Shown here: positions 58,201 through 64,000 of the stretch, one piece after another | Layout: every line of letters starts with the position of its first letter | Position numbering within the stretch: position 1 is the stretch's first letter | Assembly: GCA_002633005.1 (NCBI GenBank) | Contig: NMRA01000119.1 | Location: 646,228-710,227, forward strand | Length of the DNA: 64,000 nt | Origin: Phoronis australis | Lineage: Eukaryota > Animalia > Phoronida | Reading direction: 5' to 3' | Translations under genes and position numbers: made by a program | The notes under the pieces: model-generated | What the model was told of the DNA's origin: nothing | The model's input: only the letters and a program-made list of their open reading frames with translations | The model's database searches: none

Positions 58201-61200
58201 AGCAAACACCGAACCTGCAATACGAATTTCATACAAGTGCCTCGGAACTCCAAAGCCACACCAACAAATGCCCCATATCCAAAGACCAAAACCCATACCC
58301 AGGGACCATAATCCATTCATGAAAATGTTTCAACACCCTGTAAAAGTTGAAGCCATAACACCAAGCCCCTCCCAGAATTCATTGGAAACCATGCATTAAA
58401 ACTACAAATACCATAATGTAGTAGTAATGCATATTAATCTTGTGTAATTGAAGATACACATTTTAAACCCTTTTGAAGGTGACATTGTGGTAGGGTGTGC
58501 ATTCTTCATGGTTACGCATCATTTCCTGTTTGGCATGCGGGTGAATATACAAGAACTCATTGTGTTCTCTCCCTGGCAACATAACATGATGAAGACCATG
58601 AATTAATACAGTAAAATGATGTCACAGCTTGCAGTGATATCACATGCTGGTGTTGACTTTAATTACTTGGTGTGACTATAAAGCCAATAAGACAACAGGC
58701 TTTGTTGTTGTGATTCTAATCCAGCAGTGAATCAGGGAGTGGGGATTTAGCCAAATGAGGGCCTTAACTAGAACAGAAATGCTAGCAGATTAAAGGTACC
58801 TACCTAACATAAGTGGACATATTTAGGCCCATGCACATAACAGCATATTTTTGAAGAAAAATTTTCACCGTGTTTCGCGTACAGGTGGACGCACTGCAGT
58901 TTCACCGACAGAAAGAGACACACGAAACGCGCAATTTAACACATGCACATATATTCTTACATATGTGCATGTGTTAAACCGGGCATTTTTGTGAATCTGT
59001 TAACCAATTTCAATACATTTCATTAAAATAGTTATTGTTTAATTGGACACACGTCATCATCTGCAAATCTCTAATGGATGAGTCACGTTTCCTTTAAATG
59101 TTTCGTTAAAATCTTACTGCTTGGTTTTAATCAGTGGTTTCGAACATAGGCACAAGTGCCGAACACTACACATAGGCATGTGCGCCTAACTCTGGACATA
59201 GGCACGTGCACCCAACTCTGAACAAAGGCACACGTGTCTGGACATTGACACACCATCGCGTTTAGGTGTGAGGGCTTCAACTCAAGTAAGTATCTATGGT
59301 AATCTCACCAAGCATATTGACTGTTGTTGAGAGAGGCATCGTAAGCAGGCGGGGGACTGTCGTCATATCCATTGCTGCTTAGTGATCCCTTGTTGGTGAT
59401 GTAATGAGCCTCATCTTCCACCTTCTCCCTTTGCTTCTTGCTCATTCGTCCAAATTTTACCGCTGCAAATGCCAATTGTCCAATCATCGTACAACAGATG
59501 CCGATCCAAACAAACAACAAACACGCGCCTCATTCAACTTAATGAATGAGAAGATTGCGTTGGATAGATCGTTTTAATATAGGCCTTGACAAATACTCAG
59601 AAAACTTGGTTTTGGTCCCAACCTATCACCTAATAACCCTGTCTTGAGTTCGGTCAAAGAATCAGACAACGCATTTCATACAGCAGTGAGATCAATCCCA
59701 AAGCCAACACACATGAGTGGGTGCATTAACAACCGTTTTTTTACGGTGATTTGTCAAATCAAATTCACTGTAAATGAAAAGCCATAGACGTAAAAACGGG
59801 AAACACCAAAAAGTTAAAAAATATTTACCGTTGAAATTCATTACAAAGTTGTGAATAATATACAAACATCATTAACTCTTTCACCTCCAAGTAACTGTCG
59901 GCCATTGTGTCCCTGAACCCCAAGTAACTTAGTACACATGGGTTGAACTGAGGTGCTTGTTTTCAAAATTCCATAAACAATCCATTTATCATTGAATTTC
60001 AAAGTGTAATACACCAAAATGTAGAGAACAGAATGAACTTTATCTACAAATTCACCAAAATTAAAAAATCCCACTCTCTCATGTGATGCAGGTAAGTAAC
60101 ACCTGAAATGCCGGTGTTTGTTTGCCAATTTGCCAATTCAATGTATCGTTTAAANCGCCATTGAAAATCCCACCACGCTGTCCCAGATGCCCCGACAATG
60201 TTGACAATTTACGTTCCTCCGAAACATAAAGAGCAACTTCCGCTTTTTGAGGTGAACGTCGTCTGCAACGCCACGGTAAGAAAGGAATTTGCCGCGGAAA
60301 TTTTATATCAAATCCGATTTTTTTTACGCGGAAATATTATAAAAAAGCAGAAAGCACATTTGAAAATTCCAAGCCCTGTTTTAATCAGTGGTTTCGAACA
60401 TAGGCACAAGTGCCGAACACTCCACACAGGCACGTGCGCCTAACTCTGGACATAGGCACGTGCACCTAACTCTGAACAAAGGCACACGTGTCTGGACATT
60501 GACACACCATCACGTTTAGGTGTGAGGGCTTCAGCTCAAGTAAGTATACATGGTAATCTCACCAAGCATATTGACTGTTGTTGAGAGAGGCATCGTAAGC
60601 AGGCGGGGGACTGTCGTCATATCCATTGCTGCTTAGTGATCCCTTGTTGGTGATGTAATGAGCCTCATCTTCCACCTTCTCCCTTTGCTTCTTGCTCATT
60701 CGTCCAAATTTTACCGCTGCAAATGCCAATTGTCCAATCATCGTACAACAGATGCCCATCCAAACAAACAACAAACACGCGCCTCATTCAACTTAATGAT
60801 TGAGAAGATTGCGTTGGATGGATCGTTTTAATATAGGCCTTGACAAATACTCAGAAAACTTGGTTTTGGTCTCAACCTATCACCTAATAACCCCATCTTG
60901 AGTTCGGTCAAAGAATCAGACAACGCATTTCATACAGCAGTCAGATCAATCCCAAAGTCAACACACATGAGTGGGTGCATTAACAACCGTGTTTTTTACG
61001 GTGATTTGTCAAATCAAATTCACTGTAAATGAAAAGCCATAGACGTAAAAACGGGAAACACCAAAAAGTTAATATGAGCTCACAGGTAAATACCAATTAA
61101 ATGGAAATAAGGTTCACGAACAAGATGAATATACGAAATGACACTGATGGCAGCTACTAATTTGTAAAATCTAGATCGTGATTGCTTTCAGTAACATTAA

Positions 61201-61489
61201 AAATGCAATCAGCTTCGTCATTCAAATGCAGTATTTAAGCTAAAAATATGCATCCACGACAATTCAAGTCAATTCTTCTTAACAGCGTTGAGACCAGTCG
61301 TAATTCATGATTCATTTTAGAAGCCATCCTAGTGAGCAAAAGCTTACCATCGCGAGACATGCCGAGCACGAGACATTTCTGAAGCCGACAGAACTGGCAT
61401 CTGTTTCTGTTGACACGATCGATGACGCAAGATTTGTTGCGCGCACATTGGTAGTTTACAGGCCCCGACTGACTACGACGGAAGAAACC
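51967..61489 (-). CDS. HR3: Nuclear receptor HR3 / ROR (NR1F), partial; first zinc-finger exon and N-terminus lie beyond the window
   Basis: Exons 61489-61348, 60716-60563 (or identical 59462-59309), 57895-57744, 56838-56717, 55876-55744, 54395-54288, 53560-53444 and 52226-51967 splice in frame. Motifs: [73 protein letters not shown]-2 FPALHKELF. Confidence 0.93.
52611..52703. repeat. 21-bp tandem repeat x4 (TTGTCCTGACCCAGCATAACA-like)
   Basis: Directly visible in the last HR3 intron. Confidence 0.88.
53444..53560 (-). CDS. HR3: HR3 LBD exon (helices 7-8)
   Basis: [38 protein letters not shown]; CAG / GTAAGT. Confidence 0.93.
54288..54395 (-). CDS. HR3: HR3 LBD exon (helix 5)
   Basis: [35 protein letters not shown]; CAG / GTAAGT. 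Confidence 0.92.
   Translation of the reverse strand, partial: GVLSLLFCVCVDPTMLSTTKSSLDLPLCHLRLSQT
55744..55876 (-). CDS. HR3: HR3 LBD exon (helices 3-4)
   Basis: [44 protein letters not shown]. Confidence 0.94.
56717..56838 (-). CDS. HR3: HR3 LBD exon (helix 1)
   Basis: [40 protein letters not shown]; HxxTC motif of the ROR/HR3 LBD. Confidence 0.88.
57744..57895 (-). CDS. HR3: HR3 hinge exon
   Basis: [15 protein letters not shown]...[21 protein letters not shown]; phase 2 to 1, fits both neighbours. Confidence 0.85.
59309..59462 (-). CDS. HR3: HR3 C-terminal extension/hinge exon, copy B (identical duplicate)
   Basis: Nucleotide-identical to 60563-60716 with intact splice sites; only one copy can be used in frame. 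Confidence 0.75.
60156..60378. mobile_element. Right half of the CAGGGCTTGGAA MITE, cut by the N at 60155
   Basis: Near-identical to 14385-14622; ends ATTCCAAGCCCTG. Confidence 0.85.
60563..60716 (-). CDS. HR3: HR3 C-terminal extension/hinge exon, copy A
   Basis: [25 protein letters not shown]...NSQYA; 154 nt, CAG / GTGAG. Confidence 0.85.
61348..61489 (-). CDS. HR3: HR3 DNA-binding domain exon (second zinc finger)
   Basis: [47 protein letters not shown]; 142 nt, CAG / GTAAG. Confidence 0.95.
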
Positions 61490-61580
61490 CTGCAATGCAG
61501 AATGGAACAACTGAATGCATACTCACCACAGTTATAAATTCCGCATAACATCATGCAGACTTTAAAGACCATTCTACTAA

Positions 61581-62580
61581 AGGCGCTTTCCCATTAAGGG
61601 AAGTTCGGTTTACCGAAGCTTCGCCAAAACTTCGCCTACCTTTCCAACAAGACAGCGATATCGCAGTTATCGCTATGACAACAGCCGAGGCATTTAATTC
61701 GTACTCTTAAACGAATATTGAGTAGTGGGTTTGAGGCTAACTGGAAACTGTTATATTTATGAAAATTGATCAGTGTCATTCTTCATCAGATCTGCTTTCC
61801 ATTATTTATTTACATCCGTCTATTGAGATCACGTCGACTACGCTACACGCAGGCCTTTATCCAGGATTTCGAACATAGGGTGTCCAAAATGGGGTTCCCT
61901 ATATTCCAGGGCGTACATGATTCCAACGCGTAACCCCGCCATCCCCAGCAATCCCCCTAACACAGATTTTTTTACAAAAAAATACACAGACCAAGGTTTT
62001 TACATTTAAGTTTACAGCCTTGTGTAGTGAGTATTTTTACTAAAAAAACTGTAGACCAAGACTTTTACAATGCTCTCAACCAAGTGTGAGCATAGCAACA
62101 TTGTACATACTTTGTATATACATTGTATATTTCTTACTGCTTTGAAAAAAGAGCCCCCACTATGAGCCTTCAGAGGCTTCCTAGTATTCATTACAAGGTG
62201 TGAGTCAAAACTTGAAAGGTTCCTATTGACAGTGGGCATCCAAATGATACACTGGGCTTCCAAATGATACACTGGGCTTCCAAATGATACATTTGGCGTC
62301 CTTGTCAGGGCGTCCAGATTAGTGCTAGGACATACGCCCCATAAAGGCCTGGCTACACGTTTTGTGAGTCTCACGTGATCGTATATCATTTCCGCAATCT
62401 TTACCGATAACTTCGACGAAGCTTTGCTTTCTCTGCTCCAATACACCGAAGTTTCAGTGTGTATCGAAGCTTCACTTTTAAATCCTATTTTCAGCGAAGT
62501 TTCACTTGCACACTAACTACCGGAGTTAACCTTTCCCAATTCGGTAAAAGCAAAGTTTCGCCTCTAATGGGAAACCGACT
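61581..62580. mobile_element. PIF/Harbinger-like MITE (host of a nested insertion)
   Basis: Imperfect TIRs AGGCGCTTTCCCATTA / TAATGGGAAACCGACT flanked by TAA on both sides. Confidence 0.6.
61850..62351. mobile_element. hAT-family MITE, 502 bp, perfect 8-bp TSD
   Basis: TIR CAGGCCTTTAT / ATAAAGGCCTG; GCTACACG at 61842-61849 and 62352-62359. Confidence 0.88.
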
Positions 62581-64000
62581 TAAGTCACGGTATTTGTTTG
62601 TGACAACTACAACCAACCAAAATTGAGGAACTTATGAAGCGGTGGATATGCCTTAACCAGGCTATGTCGAAAACACCCAAATTTGGCAAACTTTGGAACA
62701 TCATATTTTAGAAGTGACTGATGGATTCATTTGAATCTTTCATATTCTTTGTGCATTGTTCTTCAAACACTGTTTGGAACTGTTGTTAAAGTGAGCGATA
62801 GTGACAGTACTAATGTGACATCACTGCACTGGGATTATCTAAGAGATTCCACCACCTTGGTTCTAGCTCTTGTTACTTATCTACAAGAAATTATGTACAT
62901 TGGGTTAGAAGATGTAACTAAATAATCAACAGTTACACTGAAACATATGGTTTGCATAATAATCTGTAAGATTTACAGACACAGCTGGCATGAGCTTCAA
63001 ATTCTAAAGTTATTTTTGTTGAATTTGGTTGGTTTGAAAGATAGTGTTAATGTAAGTGAATAAGCTACCGCCAGACCAACCGTCTCCAGTTGAGAGTAGT
63101 GGCTGGGGGTGGGGGAGTGAGGTAACCTCTTCCAGTCCCTATCATTCGCATGTCTCCAGTTTAGAGTAGAGGCTGGGGGTGCGTCATACCTTTCCCTCCC
63201 TGTCATTTTCATGCTTCAGTTTCACTGCTCTACTTTTACCATACATGTGTTTTATTTCCAGTATTACTACAACTCCCCCCCCCTTTAGGTGTCAAAATAA
63301 TTCATTGTTATCTGTTACTTTGCAGTGTATATATTATTTATTTTACTATCTCTGAATACATTTGTGTCTGGACCCACTGACAGGTCACTGTTTTACAACA
63401 AATATGGCTACCTAAAATAAAGATCTTGACAACTAAAATTCTTAATAAATGGAACCACTTCACATGACACCTAACCTCAGAAATCTGATGACTAAACTTG
63501 ACTGGAGAGTTGTTTAAACTTTCTCAATATTTCCTTTAGAACAGTTTCGCTTTAAAGAGACATTATTGATGAAAGAAGAAATTTTCTGAGATCCGCCTCA
63601 AAACTGTATTCACCGCATCTGCAGTCTAATGCTCTGCAGGTAAATACGGTACAAACCCCACTTGATAAATGGTGGGGGACATTTTACGCATATTTGATAG
63701 GCAAAGTCACTGTTCTTGATTTGAGCGAATATCTGGCAGACAAATGCAATATTAGCAATTAGTAATAAAATAACAAAAACACAATTGATTTTGTTGTTTC
63801 ATACCTCTGGTTAAAGCTCATAACTTCAAGAAGTCTTTCCCATTTAAAAGTAAGCTCAAAATGTGTTTTTGGCCGTATAATCTACACTGTCCCTTAAAAC
63901 TCTTGCATTGCAAGACCACCATCTGTTCTCCAATACAAAGTTTTAACCCAGGCACTGCACTGTGCAAGGGTGTACTAAAAGCACTTTTAGGTGAGGATAT

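Larger units (their letters stand above)
59125..61072. repeat. Direct duplication of about 693 bp (59125-59817 and 60379-61072) containing an HR3 exon
   Basis: Offset 1254 nt; scattered substitutions only in intronic parts; a single N at 60155 lies between the copies. Confidence 0.95.

Noticed and set aside
62012-62446. 144-aa minus-strand ORF upstream of the HR3 DBD exon
   Set aside because: It crosses nested MITEs and lacks the CxxC first zinc finger; not an HR3 exon.

Overview
Eukaryotic, intron-rich, AT-rich genomic DNA from an invertebrate animal. A protostome, probably a lophotrochozoan, is inferred from the HR3-type receptor and the repeat types. Four protein-coding genes can be built by hand with GT-AG boundaries and consistent phases. 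(1) EXO1, minus strand, 12 coding exons, 1350-17729, about 986 aa, with a U12-type minor intron. (2) YIPF4, plus strand, 6 exons, about 19226-26204, head-to-head with EXO1 across a ZNF143/E2F-type promoter. (3) A BTB-BACK-Kelch (KBTBD-like) gene, minus strand, single coding exon 27403-29304, tail-to-tail with YIPF4. (4) The 3' part of an HR3/ROR (NR1F) nuclear receptor, minus strand, 51967-61489; its first zinc-finger exon lies beyond the window. One HR3 exon is present twice, probably as uncollapsed haplotypes across an N join. Intronic and intergenic DNA carries Helentron/HINE-like repeats with arrays of CTCF-like motifs, hAT- and Harbinger-like MITEs, tRNA-derived SINEs, a Penelope relic, a 5'-truncated CR1/L2-group LINE and several minisatellites. 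There is no CRISPR or prokaryotic content. Most short ORFs in the supplied track are spurious or partial exons. All calls are by eye; no database searches were run.
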